A stretch of DNA of 64,000 nt from contig JAQTVB010000002.1 in the NCBI GenBank assembly GCA_028707005.1, forward strand, positions 121 to 64,120. The letters run 5' to 3'. The notes beneath the pieces are model-generated. The model searched no databases, was not told where the DNA came from, and worked only from the letters and a program-made list of their open reading frames with translations. The translations under genes were made by a program, and so were the position numbers. This document shows, one piece after another, positions 19,132-27,253 of the stretch. The stretch's first letter is position 1. Each line of letters starts with the position of its first letter. The DNA is from Patescibacteria group bacterium (GTDB lineage Bacteria; Patescibacteriota; Patescibacteriia; Patescibacteriales; GWC2-42-12).

Positions 19132-20205
19132 ATGAAAAAGATTTCCTTATTAAAATTTGCATTTCTAGCTGTCGCGGCGGCCTTAACTCTGTCCGGCTGT
19201 TCGCTAAGTTTTAACACGGGCGCCGGCAAAAATAGCGCCGCCACTGACGGAGGGATTTATAAGTCTTCCAACAAAGGCGCTAATTGGCAGCAGAAAGCGT
19301 CTATTTTGACGGTTGGATCAAAAAAGAGCATGGCCGCGGTCGATACCGTTGCCTTGGCTTCAGATCCCCAGGATAACCTGGCGATTTACGCCGGGAGCGT
19401 CGCTAACGGCTTATTTTTCACTTATAACGGCGGAGAAGGCTGGCAACAGGCCGCGAACTCCGGCCAAGTAACCGTTACTAATATCGCGGTTGATCCGGCC
19501 AACAAGTGCGTTATCTACGCTACGGGAACTAATAAAGTTTATAAATCAATGGATTGCAGCCGCACCTTCGGGGTGATATATTTTGATAATGACTTAAAAG
19601 TAAGCGTTACCGCGCTGGCGATAGATTACACGAACAGTAGCAACGTCTTTATCGGCACTTCGCGCGGGGAAATCATCATGAGCTCCGATCAGGGCGCGAC
19701 CTGGAGAACGTTAAATAGATTTAAGAATCAAGTTGATAAAATAGTGTTTAATCCGGTAAACGTGAAAAATATTTTTGTCGGCACCGCCAACGGAGTCTTC
19801 CGCTCCATTGATTCCGGCCTTACTTGGAAGAGCCTGGAGGAGGTGCTTAAAGCATATAATAGCAACAGGCCTTTCCGCGACCTGATTATGATCAAGGCGG
19901 ACAAGCCTACCTTATTTTTAGCCACCAGCTACGGCTTATTAAAATCAACCGATAACGGCAGCAGCTGGTCAAAAATCGAGTTAATCACTCCGGTGTCCGG
20001 CGCCACCATTAACTCAATCGCGGCCAACCCGGTTGACGCCAACGAGATCTATTATGTCACTAATACCACTTTCTATCGCTCCCTGGACGGCGGCAAGAAT
20101 TGGCTGTCAAAGCAGCTGCCCACCACCAGGGCGGGCCGAAAGCTCTTAGTGGATCAGAAGAATCCCAGCGTCATTTACCTGGCGGTAAGGCAGATAAGCA
20201 AATAA
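19132..20205 (+). CDS. lipoprotein with BNR/Ycf48-like beta-propeller repeats
   Basis: Signal peptide with lipobox LTLSGC. Repeated S-x-D-x-G-x-x-W motifs (SSDQGATW, SIDSGLTW, STDNGSSW, SLDGGKNW). Confidence 0.65.
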   Translation: MKKISLLKFAFLAVAAALTLSGCSLSFNTGAGKNSAATDGGIYKSSNKGANWQQKASILTVGSKKSMAAVDTVALASDPQDNLAIYAGSVANGLFFTYNGGEGWQQAANSGQVTVTNIAVDPANKCVIYATGTNKVYKSMDCSRTFGVIYFDNDLKVSVTALAIDYTNSSNVFIGTSRGEIIMSSDQGATWRTLNRFKNQVDKIVFNPVNVKNIFVGTANGVFRSIDSGLTWKSLEEVLKAYNSNRPFRDLIMIKADKPTLFLATSYGLLKSTDNGSSWSKIELITPVSGATINSIAANPVDANEIYYVTNTTFYRSLDGGKNWLSKQLPTTRAGRKLLVDQKNPSVIYLAVRQISK

Positions 20206-20224
20206 TAATTTTAAATTTTATATT

Positions 20225-20779
20225 ATGAACCAATACATCCAAGCCAAGCAGAATGATTTGACGAAAACAATTGATTTTTTTAAGAAAGACATTTCCGCCC
20301 TAAGAACCGGGCGGGCCAATCCGGCTATTTTAGACGGCGTTTTAGTTGAAGCCTATGGCGCTAAAACGCCAATTCTGGGGCTGGCCAGCGTGAGCGTGCC
20401 GGAAGCGCGCAGCATCGTGATTTCTCCTTGGGATAAAAGCATTATTAAAGACGTTGAAAGAGCGATCGTGGCCGCTGATTTGGGCATCAATCCGGTCAAT
20501 GAAGGCGATAAAATCAGGCTGGTTGTGCCGCAGTTGACCGAAGAAAACCGCCACGAACTGGTGAAGAAGTTGAGTGAAAAAATGGAGGTTTCCAGAATTT
20601 CTTTAAGGCAGACGAGAGATGAAATCAAAGAACTGATTGAAGCGGCTTTCAAGAATAAAGCCATTAACGAAGATGATAAATTTCGTTTCTTCAAAGAATT
20701 GGACGAAGAGATTTCCCGCAAGAATGATGAGCTGAAAAAAATTAAAGACAAAAAAGAAGAAGAAATTATGACGATCTAG
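20225..20779 (+). CDS. frr: ribosome recycling factor
   Basis: 184 aa. LRTGRANPAILD and LTEERR-like motifs are typical of RRF. Confidence 0.95.
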   Translation: MNQYIQAKQNDLTKTIDFFKKDISALRTGRANPAILDGVLVEAYGAKTPILGLASVSVPEARSIVISPWDKSIIKDVERAIVAADLGINPVNEGDKIRLVVPQLTEENRHELVKKLSEKMEVSRISLRQTRDEIKELIEAAFKNKAINEDDKFRFFKELDEEISRKNDELKKIKDKKEEEIMTI

Positions 20780-20786
20780 GCTGACT

Positions 20787-20969
20787 GTCATTGCGAGCGA
20801 AGCGAAGCAATCTCTGGTAAGAAAGACTAACCAATTAAATTCAAAATCTCTTTAAGTACAATCAAACATCTTAATTAGGCATTTCATTTATTATCGTTTT
20901 TCTTTCTGACCAGAGATTGCCACGCCGCCTTGTCCGCCTGTCAGCGGAACAAGGGCGGCTCGCAATGAC
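20787..20969. repeat. GTCATTGCGAG...CTCGCAATGAC palindromic element (copy a)
   Basis: The terminal arm gtcattgcgagcgaagcgaagcaatctctggt pairs with accagagattgc...ctcgcaatgac. The loop is AT-rich and the right arm holds an extra GCCGCCTTGT/ACAAGGGCGGC hairpin. Confidence 0.8.
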
Positions 20970-20988
20970 ATTTTAAAATTATTATTTT

Positions 20989-22299
20989 ATGTTTCTAACC
21001 ATAATCATTTTCATTATAGTTCTCTCTGTCCTAGTGTTCGCCCATGAGCTAGGGCATTTTATGATGGCCAGAAAATTCGGCGTTAAAGCCGAAGAATTCG
21101 GCTTGGGCTTTCCGCCCAGAGCTTTCGGCCTGCAGGTTTGGCGCGAGCGGAAATTAGAAAAAGTTTCCGAGGAAGAAGCGGTGGCGGTAAAACTTGAGGA
21201 CGCATCGCCGATGGGCGGAGCAACGATAATCAAAGAAACGATTATTGACGAGAAAAGAGAGATTGACATCTTGGGCTGGGTGAGAAAATTTAATTTCATC
21301 AAAGGCTCGCGGGAGATCAGCCCGGCGGAGCAAAGATACGGCACGGTTTATTCCATAAATTGGCTGCCTTTGGGCGGATTTGTGAAAATTAAAGGCGAGA
21401 ATGGCGAAGGCGAGAATGAAGCGGATAGCTTTGCCAGCCGTCCGATTTGGCAAAGGGCGTTGATGCTATCGGCCGGCGTGGTGATGAATGTGGCGCTGGC
21501 CATGATTTTAATCATTGTCGGCTTCATGGTCGGCTTGCCGCAGTCTCTGGATGGCTCTTCACTGGACGCGCGCGCGCAGGTGAGCGACCGCAAGATTCAG
21601 ATCGTTCAGGTGGTTAAGGGTTCGCCGGCCGAATCAGCCGCTTTGATTATCGGCGATACGATTATCAGCATAGATAACACGCAGTTTTCCGATTTTTCCG
21701 AATTGCAGAATTATGTGAATAATAAAATCGGGCAGCAGCTGGACTATAAAATAAAACGCGGCCAGGAGTTGATTGATGTAAAAATCGCGCCAATCATGAT
21801 GAGCGAGACCGGCCGGGGCGGCATCGGCGTCGCTTTAAGCGAGACCGGCATAGTAAGCTACCCTTGGTATTTGGCGATTCTTGAGGGCGTCAAGGCCACT
21901 TTCATTTTAGTTTGGGTGATTATCGCGGCGTTTTACGAACTGCTCAAAAGTTTGATTATGGGTCAGGGCGTAAGCGCGGATTTGGCCGGACCGGTGGGCA
22001 TCGCCACTTTGACCGGGGAAGTGGCGCGGATGGGTTTTGTTTACCTCATGCAATTTACGGCTTTATTATCCATTAATTTGGCGGTAATTAATTTTTTGCC
22101 TTTCCCGGCCCTGGACGGCGGGCGGGTGCTGTTTTTAATTATTGAGAAGATTAAAAGAAAGCCGGTTAAAAGGGAGGTGGAAGCGGTGATACATAATGTC
22201 GGCTTTATCCTGTTGATGGTGCTGGTGGTTTTGGTAACTTTCCGCGACGTGGCCAGATTCGGCGGAGTCTTTAAAGGGATTTGGGAGAAGATATTTTAA
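20989..22299 (+). CDS. rseP: RIP site-2 metalloprotease
   Basis: 436 aa. Contains the HELGH zinc motif, a central PDZ-like region and the NLLPFPALDGG motif. Confidence 0.9.
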   Translation: MFLTIIIFIIVLSVLVFAHELGHFMMARKFGVKAEEFGLGFPPRAFGLQVWRERKLEKVSEEEAVAVKLEDASPMGGATIIKETIIDEKREIDILGWVRKFNFIKGSREISPAEQRYGTVYSINWLPLGGFVKIKGENGEGENEADSFASRPIWQRALMLSAGVVMNVALAMILIIVGFMVGLPQSLDGSSLDARAQVSDRKIQIVQVVKGSPAESAALIIGDTIISIDNTQFSDFSELQNYVNNKIGQQLDYKIKRGQELIDVKIAPIMMSETGRGGIGVALSETGIVSYPWYLAILEGVKATFILVWVIIAAFYELLKSLIMGQGVSADLAGPVGIATLTGEVARMGFVYLMQFTALLSINLAVINFLPFPALDGGRVLFLIIEKIKRKPVKREVEAVIHNVGFILLMVLVVLVTFRDVARFGGVFKGIWEKIF

Positions 22300-22308
22300 T
22301 CACATAAT

Positions 22309-22484
22309 GTCATTGCGAGGAGCGTAGCGACGAAGCAATCTCTGGTAAGAAAAAAGACAATAAAAAGAAAATGCCGTAGATTGATGAATTAAATTTTGTT
22401 TAAAGAGATTAATTATTAAAATTAATTAGTATTTCTAACCAGAGATTGCTTCGTCGCCTTGAGTACAAGGCTTCTCGCAATGAC
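22309..22484. repeat. GTCATTGCGAG...CTCGCAATGAC palindromic element (copy b, loop inverted relative to copy a)
   Basis: The arm gtcattgcgaggagcgtagcgacgaagcaatctctggt pairs with accagagattgcttcgtcgcc...ctcgcaatgac. The reverse complement of its loop shares aatctctttaa and ggcatttc with the loop of copy a. Confidence 0.8.
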
Positions 22485-22500
22485 AATAACAATTTATTTT

Positions 22501-22845
22501 ATGATCTTAAACATCAAAGCCACGAATTTGGAATTGACGCCAAGACTTAAGGATTATGTGCAGCTAAAAATGGACATGCTGGAAAAATTTTTGGGCAATT
22601 TAAAAATTATTAGCGCGCATTTTGAAGTGGAGCGGACCACCAAGCATCATCTAAAGGGAGAAATTTACCGCGCTGAAGCCAATTTGGTGATAAACGGCGA
22701 TTTATTGCGCGTGGAAAAAACCGAAAAAGATGTCTTTAAGGCCGTGGACAAAGTAAAGGATCATCTGGATCTGGTGATAAAAAAATACAAGGATAAAATA
22801 ATCGGGCGTAAAAAGAAAAAAGAAAAGTTGGGGGCGATGATGTAA
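22501..22845 (+). CDS. hpf: ribosome hibernation promoting factor / RaiA family
   Basis: MILNIKATNLELTPRLKDYV... is a typical HPF N-terminus. The ORF-track start at 22459 runs through the repeat element, so I preferred the ATG at 22501. Confidence 0.85.
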   Translation: MILNIKATNLELTPRLKDYVQLKMDMLEKFLGNLKIISAHFEVERTTKHHLKGEIYRAEANLVINGDLLRVEKTEKDVFKAVDKVKDHLDLVIKKYKDKIIGRKKKKEKLGAMM

Positions 22846-22850
22846 AAAAA

Positions 22851-23118
22851 GAGCCTCTTTCAGCAGTGTTTGCTGATTGAGGCTTGAGTTTGGGTGTTTC
22901 GCCCTTCTTTACCGGCAGTAGACGCCGGTATGCGTTTTGGGGGTTAATAAGGTAACCCGTACCTTTCTTTGCAGGAGCGCCACACCGCTCCGGGAAACCA
23001 CTCGGGAGTCAGGACGGTCCAACCGTCACAGTAGTCTTCCATGAGCGACCCATAACGAGCAATGGCGCATGCATACTTGAGAACCGTAGTAAGTTTTCGC
23101 ATAGCATAGTTCGAAGGA
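22851..23118 (-). ncRNA. candidate structured RNA of unknown class (alternatively a 52-codon ORF at 22944-23102) in the G+C-rich hpf-secA spacer
   Basis: The region is visibly more G+C-rich than its flanks. It has several perfect local hairpins (GGAGCG/CGCTCC, GACGG/CCGTC, ACCGGC/GCCGGT). On the minus strand there is a TCGACT-17-TACAAT promoter-like pair near 23125-23155 and a T7-tailed terminator at 22852-22884. Confidence 0.3.
22852..22884. terminator. bidirectional hairpin terminator (strong T7 run on the minus strand)
   Basis: AGCCTC...GAGGCT outer stem with a CAGCA/TGCTG inner stem. An A7 run at 22844-22850 gives a U-tail for a minus-strand transcript. Confidence 0.6.
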
Positions 23119-23243
23119 ACCAGTAATATTGTATCATGTTTATTAGCATTAGTCGATATTCTTGAACTTGATTTTTTACCCGATTAATTATATGATTAAT
23201 CTGTTTTTATAATTATTCAGCACGCTCTTGCGTGTCTTTTAAT

Positions 23244-26200
23244 ATGAGTCTATTAGATAAAATTTTTGGCGATCCCAATGAAAAGATGGTAAAAATTTTG
23301 CGTCCGGTAGTGGAGCAAATCAATGCTTTGGAAAAAAAGTACCAGGTCATGAGCGACGAAGAGTTAAGGGTGCAGACCGCGGAGTTTAGAAAGAGATTGG
23401 GAGTGGAAAATACAATCCCCCAAACCCCCTTTATCAAGGGGGCAAATTTCGATGAAATTGAGAAAAAGTTAAAAGAAATTTTGCCGGAAGCGTTTGCCGT
23501 GGTGCGGGAAGCGGCTAAAAGAGTTTTAGGGCAAAGGCATTATGACGTCCAGCTAATGGGCGGCATGGTACTGCATCATGGGCAGATCGCGGAAATGAGA
23601 ACCGGCGAAGGAAAAACTTTAGTGGCGACTTTGCCGGCTTATTTGAACGCTTTGCCCGGCCGGGGCGTGCATGTGATTACGGTTAACGATTATCTGGCCA
23701 AGCGCGACGCCGAGTGGATGGGGCGCGTATACAGTTTTCTTGGATTGAGCGTTGGATGTATAACCCACGAGCAGGCGTTTAAATATAATTCTGTCCGGAA
23801 TGACCAAATCCCAATAACCAATAACCAAACAAATCCCAATGACCAAAATTCAAATGACCAAAATAACCTCCTTAATCCCTCCGCCTCGGCAAGCCGAAGG
23901 CGAGACGGGCCTTTGCAAGGAGGACAAGACGGTAAAATCCCCCTTACCCCCTTTGTCAAGGGGGAACTAACAGAAGTGCCGCGCAAAGAAGCCTATAATT
24001 GCGACGTGCTTTATGGCACGAACAATGAGTACGGTTTTGATTATCTAAGGGATAATATGGCGCCGGATCTTAAATCAATGGTGCAACGGAGCCTGAATTA
24101 TGCCATCGTTGATGAAGTTGACTCAATTTTGATTGATGAAGCGCGCACGCCTTTGATTATCAGTTCGCCGGCCGAGGAATCAACCGATAAATATTTTAAA
24201 TTTGCCGAATTGGTACAACGGCTGGTGGAGAATGAAGATTATAATGTTGACGAGAAAATGCGCGCCGCCACTTTAAGCGAAACCGGCATCGCCAAGATGG
24301 AAAAAATGATGGGCGTGGATAATATTTATACGAGCGGCGGCATTGCCGAAGTGCACCATATTGAGCAGGCTTTAAAAGCGCGGGTGCTTTTCAAGCGCGA
24401 TCGCGATTACGTGGTGAAGGACGGCGAAATTATCATCGTTGACGAATTCACCGGCCGGTTGATGTATGGCCGGCGCTATAGCGAGGGCCTGCATCAGGCG
24501 ATTGAAGCCAAGGAGCGAGTGGAGGTTCAGCGCGAATCGCTTACTTTAGCCACCATCACTTTCCAAAATTATTTCAGAATTTATAAAAAACTCGCGGGCA
24601 TGACCGGAACGGCCGTGACCGAAGCCGAAGAATTTTCCAAAATCTACAAATTGGAAACTGTGGTGATTCCCACAAATCGGCCGATGGCGAGAGAAGATTT
24701 GAATGACTTGATTTATCGGACCGAGATGGGAAAATTCAAAGCCGTAGTGGCCGAAGTCAAGCGCCGCCATGCTATCGGCCAGCCGGTTTTGACAGGCACG
24801 ATTTCCATAGAAAAGAATGAAACATTAGCGGAAATGCTTGCTAGAGAGGGAATTGTGCCGCAGGTTCTGAACGCCAAGCATCATGAGCAAGAAGCGCAAA
24901 TTATTTCTCAAGCCGGCAAGTTGGGAGCGGTGACGATCGCCACTAACATGGCCGGCCGCGGCGTAGATATTATGCTCGGGGGAGTGCCGCCAGATAAATT
25001 TCCGCCCAAGGCGGATCAGCCTCGGGCTGAAAAAATTAGCGAGGCTGAAAAGACAAAAGGTGAGGAATACGAAAAGTGGCGCAAGGAGTATGAAAAAGTC
25101 AAATCTTTGGGCGGTTTGCATATTATCGGCACGGAGCGGCATGAAGCCAGGCGCATTGATAATCAGCTTCGCGGCCGCGCCGGCCGCCAGGGCGATCCGG
25201 GGTCGTCCCAGTTTTATGTTTCCATGGAAGACGACTTGATGCGTATTTTCGGCGGCGACAGAATGAAAAATTTAATGGTTACCTTAAGAGTGCCTGAAGA
25301 TATGCCGATTGAAAATGGCCTGGTTTCGCGTTCCATTGAATCGGCGCAGACCAAGGTGGAAGGCAATAACTTTGATATCAGAAAGCACTTGGTGGAATAT
25401 GACGACGTGATCAATAAGCATCGAGAAACGATTTATCGGAAGCGGCGGGAAATTTTGGAACTGGCGGAAACTTCTGTCATCCCGGGCTTGACCCGGGATC
25501 CAGGTGTGCGTGACACGGAGATGGATTCCGGCTCGGAGGCCGGAATGACAAATAAGGGCGCGTCGGTGGAGGGTAAGAAAACTCTGTCTACCATAATCTT
25601 AGAAATGATCTTGAATGAAATTGAACAGGCGGTGATTTTTCATACGGCCGCCGATAGTTCTAAGGACTGGAATGTTAACGAGATTTTTCAGGTCATGTCC
25701 ACGATTTTTGTGGCGGATCAAAAATTAAAAGAAGAGCTCGCGGCTTTTGTTAAAGACGGCGACCCTTCGGCTGGCTCGGGGCAGGTCAAGCTGGATAAAG
25801 TAAAAGTAAGGACAAAAATCATTGAACACCTGGAAAAATTAATAAGAATCAATTATGAAAAAATCACCAAGCTGGCCGGCGAGGCTGGCATAAATTGGCG
25901 GCAGGTGGAAAAGGCGGTTTTGATCAGATCGATTGATATGCTCTGGATAGAGCATCTGGAAGCCATGGACCACATGCGCCACGGCATCGGCTTAAGAGGC
26001 TATGGCCAGCGCGATCCATTGATTGAGTATAAAAAAGAAGCCTATATTCTGTTTAATGAATTGAATAATTTAATTCAAAAACAAGTGGCATATTCAATTT
26101 TCAAGGTGGCTGATTTGGGCAATTTCGCCGTGCCGACCCTGAAGACGCGGCCGCAGAATTATATCGCGCCGGCAAAAACCATGGAAAAAAATAGCGGTTC

Positions 26201-26360
26201 GTTCGCCGCCTTCAAGCAAGCGGATAATGGAAAAAATAAAAATGACACCGTTGATTTGGTTCATGAAAAAGTGAAAGACGCCAGCGGCCAAAAAGTCGGC
26301 CGCAATGATCCCTGCCCCTGCGGCAGCGGAAAAAAGTTTAAGAAATGCCATGGGGCGTAA
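23244..26360 (+). CDS. secA: preprotein translocase ATPase SecA (long form with several in-frame repeat-derived insertions)
   Basis: Contains MRTGEGKTL Walker A, DEVDSILIDEARTPLIIS, TNMAGRGVDI and C-terminal GRNDPCPCGSGKKFKKCHG zinc finger. I preferred the ATG at 23244 (MSLLDKIFGD). Confidence 0.95.
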   Translation: MSLLDKIFGDPNEKMVKILRPVVEQINALEKKYQVMSDEELRVQTAEFRKRLGVENTIPQTPFIKGANFDEIEKKLKEILPEAFAVVREAAKRVLGQRHYDVQLMGGMVLHHGQIAEMRTGEGKTLVATLPAYLNALPGRGVHVITVNDYLAKRDAEWMGRVYSFLGLSVGCITHEQAFKYNSVRNDQIPITNNQTNPNDQNSNDQNNLLNPSASASRRRDGPLQGGQDGKIPLTPFVKGELTEVPRKEAYNCDVLYGTNNEYGFDYLRDNMAPDLKSMVQRSLNYAIVDEVDSILIDEARTPLIISSPAEESTDKYFKFAELVQRLVENEDYNVDEKMRAATLSETGIAKMEKMMGVDNIYTSGGIAEVHHIEQALKARVLFKRDRDYVVKDGEIIIVDEFTGRLMYGRRYSEGLHQAIEAKERVEVQRESLTLATITFQNYFRIYKKLAGMTGTAVTEAEEFSKIYKLETVVIPTNRPMAREDLNDLIYRTEMGKFKAVVAEVKRRHAIGQPVLTGTISIEKNETLAEMLAREGIVPQVLNAKHHEQEAQIISQAGKLGAVTIATNMAGRGVDIMLGGVPPDKFPPKADQPRAEKISEAEKTKGEEYEKWRKEYEKVKSLGGLHIIGTERHEARRIDNQLRGRAGRQGDPGSSQFYVSMEDDLMRIFGGDRMKNLMVTLRVPEDMPIENGLVSRSIESAQTKVEGNNFDIRKHLVEYDDVINKHRETIYRKRREILELAETSVIPGLTRDPGVRDTEMDSGSEAGMTNKGASVEGKKTLSTIILEMILNEIEQAVIFHTAADSSKDWNVNEIFQVMSTIFVADQKLKEELAAFVKDGDPSAGSGQVKLDKVKVRTKIIEHLEKLIRINYEKITKLAGEAGINWRQVEKAVLIRSIDMLWIEHLEAMDHMRHGIGLRGYGQRDPLIEYKKEAYILFNELNNLIQKQVAYSIFKVADLGNFAVPTLKTRPQNYIAPAKTMEKNSGSFAAFKQADNGKNKNDTVDLVHEKVKDASGQKVGRNDPCPCGSGKKFKKCHGA
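23414..23442. repeat. 29-nt repeat with CCCCCTT/AAGGGGG hairpin inside secA (copy 1)
   Basis: aatcccccaaaccccctttatcaaggggg, translated IPQTPFIKG. Confidence 0.7.
23798..23880. repeat. low-complexity aatgaccaaatcccaat-type repeat tract inside secA
   Basis: Encodes NDQIPITNNQTNPNDQNSNDQNN. The 16-mer aatgaccaaatcccaa (23799-23814) is identical to 41535-41550 in an intergenic palindrome. Confidence 0.7.
23936..23964. repeat. 29-nt repeat with CCCCCTT/AAGGGGG hairpin inside secA (copy 2)
   Basis: aatcccccttaccccctttgtcaaggggg, translated IPLTPFVKG. It is a direct repeat of 23414-23442. Confidence 0.7.
25476..25549. repeat. GTCAT...ATGAC palindromic element inserted in-frame in secA
   Basis: gtcatcccgggcttgacccgggatcc...ggattccggctcggaggccggaatgac has the same architecture as the intergenic element at 31013-31089. 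It is translated as VIPGLTRDPGVRDTEMDSGSEAGMT. Confidence 0.7.
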
Positions 26361-26390
26361 TGGTGAATTATGAATAATGAATTATGAATT

Positions 26391-26579
26391 ATGGAAAAAG
26401 AAATTTTTGAAAAAGAAATTGCGATGTGCAAAAAATTATCAAAAAAGAACGGCGGCCAATGCAATTGGGGTGAATGCGAAAAATGCGGCGTTATACCCTT
26501 ATTGCATAAGTTGTTTTACGGTAAAGTTTATGAAAAGATAGATGAAACAAAGGAACTAAAGCGAACCACGTTACAATAA
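26391..26579 (+). CDS. small Cys-containing hypothetical protein
   Basis: 62-aa ORF (…CKKLSKKNGGQCNWGECEKCG…) between secA and a NUDIX gene. No family recognised. Confidence 0.4.
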   Translation: MEKEIFEKEIAMCKKLSKKNGGQCNWGECEKCGVIPLLHKLFYGKVYEKIDETKELKRTTLQ

Positions 26580-26631
26580 ATACTGTTGGACGTAGGGAGA
26601 GTGTAAATTATGAATTAAGAATTAAGTCATT

Positions 26632-27096
26632 ATGTCTAAAGAATATTATAAAAATTTGCCAAAGAAAAGAATGGGCGCGGGGGCGTTAATTTTGAATGAA
26701 AAAGGCGAAATACTTATCGTGAAGCCGAACTATAAAGATCATTGGACCCTGGCTGGCGGAGTCGTAGGCGAGAATGAATCGCCAAAAGAGGCCTGTTTAA
26801 GAGAGATAAAAGAGGAAATCGGCCTAAAATTCAAAGATGTAAAATTTTTGTGCGTAGATTATACGCGCGATAAAGGCGATAAAGGCGAAAGTTTACAGTT
26901 TATATTTTATGGCGGAGTTATAAGCAAAAGCGCAGTTAAAAACATAAAGCTGGACGGCGAGGAAATCGTTGAATATAGATTTGTAAAAATTGGCGACGCC
27001 TTGCCGATGCTTAACGAGAAATTAAGAATAAGATTACCAAAGTGTTTAGACGCATTAAAAAATAATACAGCGATTTATCTTGAAAATGGCAAATAA
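26632..27096 (+). CDS. NUDIX hydrolase
   Basis: 154 aa. Nudix box GGVVGENESPKEACLREIKEEIGL. Confidence 0.85.
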   Translation: MSKEYYKNLPKKRMGAGALILNEKGEILIVKPNYKDHWTLAGGVVGENESPKEACLREIKEEIGLKFKDVKFLCVDYTRDKGDKGESLQFIFYGGVISKSAVKNIKLDGEEIVEYRFVKIGDALPMLNEKLRIRLPKCLDALKNNTAIYLENGK

Positions 27097-27107
27097 TCTT
27101 GTTGGTC

Positions 27108-27155
27108 AAGTTCGCAATGACGGAGAAATCTGGATTCCCGCCTACGCGGGAATGA
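27108..27155. repeat. fragmentary right arms of the GTCAT/ATGAC palindromic element families
   Basis: ttcgcaatgac followed by ggattcccgcctacgcgggaatgac. No matching left arms are nearby. Confidence 0.5.
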
Positions 27156-27253
27156 CAATCACCTGCCTCTTGATTTAATTTTCAATTTAAATTAAAATGT
27201 AATATAAGAGAAGTAATTACTTATACGCCCGGTTTCGGGCGCTATCTTAATTT

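Noticed and set aside
22851-23118. The G+C-rich spacer as SRP RNA, RNase P RNA, tmRNA or 6S RNA.
   Set aside because: I could not find the diagnostic strings (GGAAGCAGCC-type SRP helix-8 motif, GAGGAAAGUCC of RNase P, or a tmRNA acceptor/T-arm plus tag ORF). A 6S assignment cannot be made by eye. The class is left as unknown.
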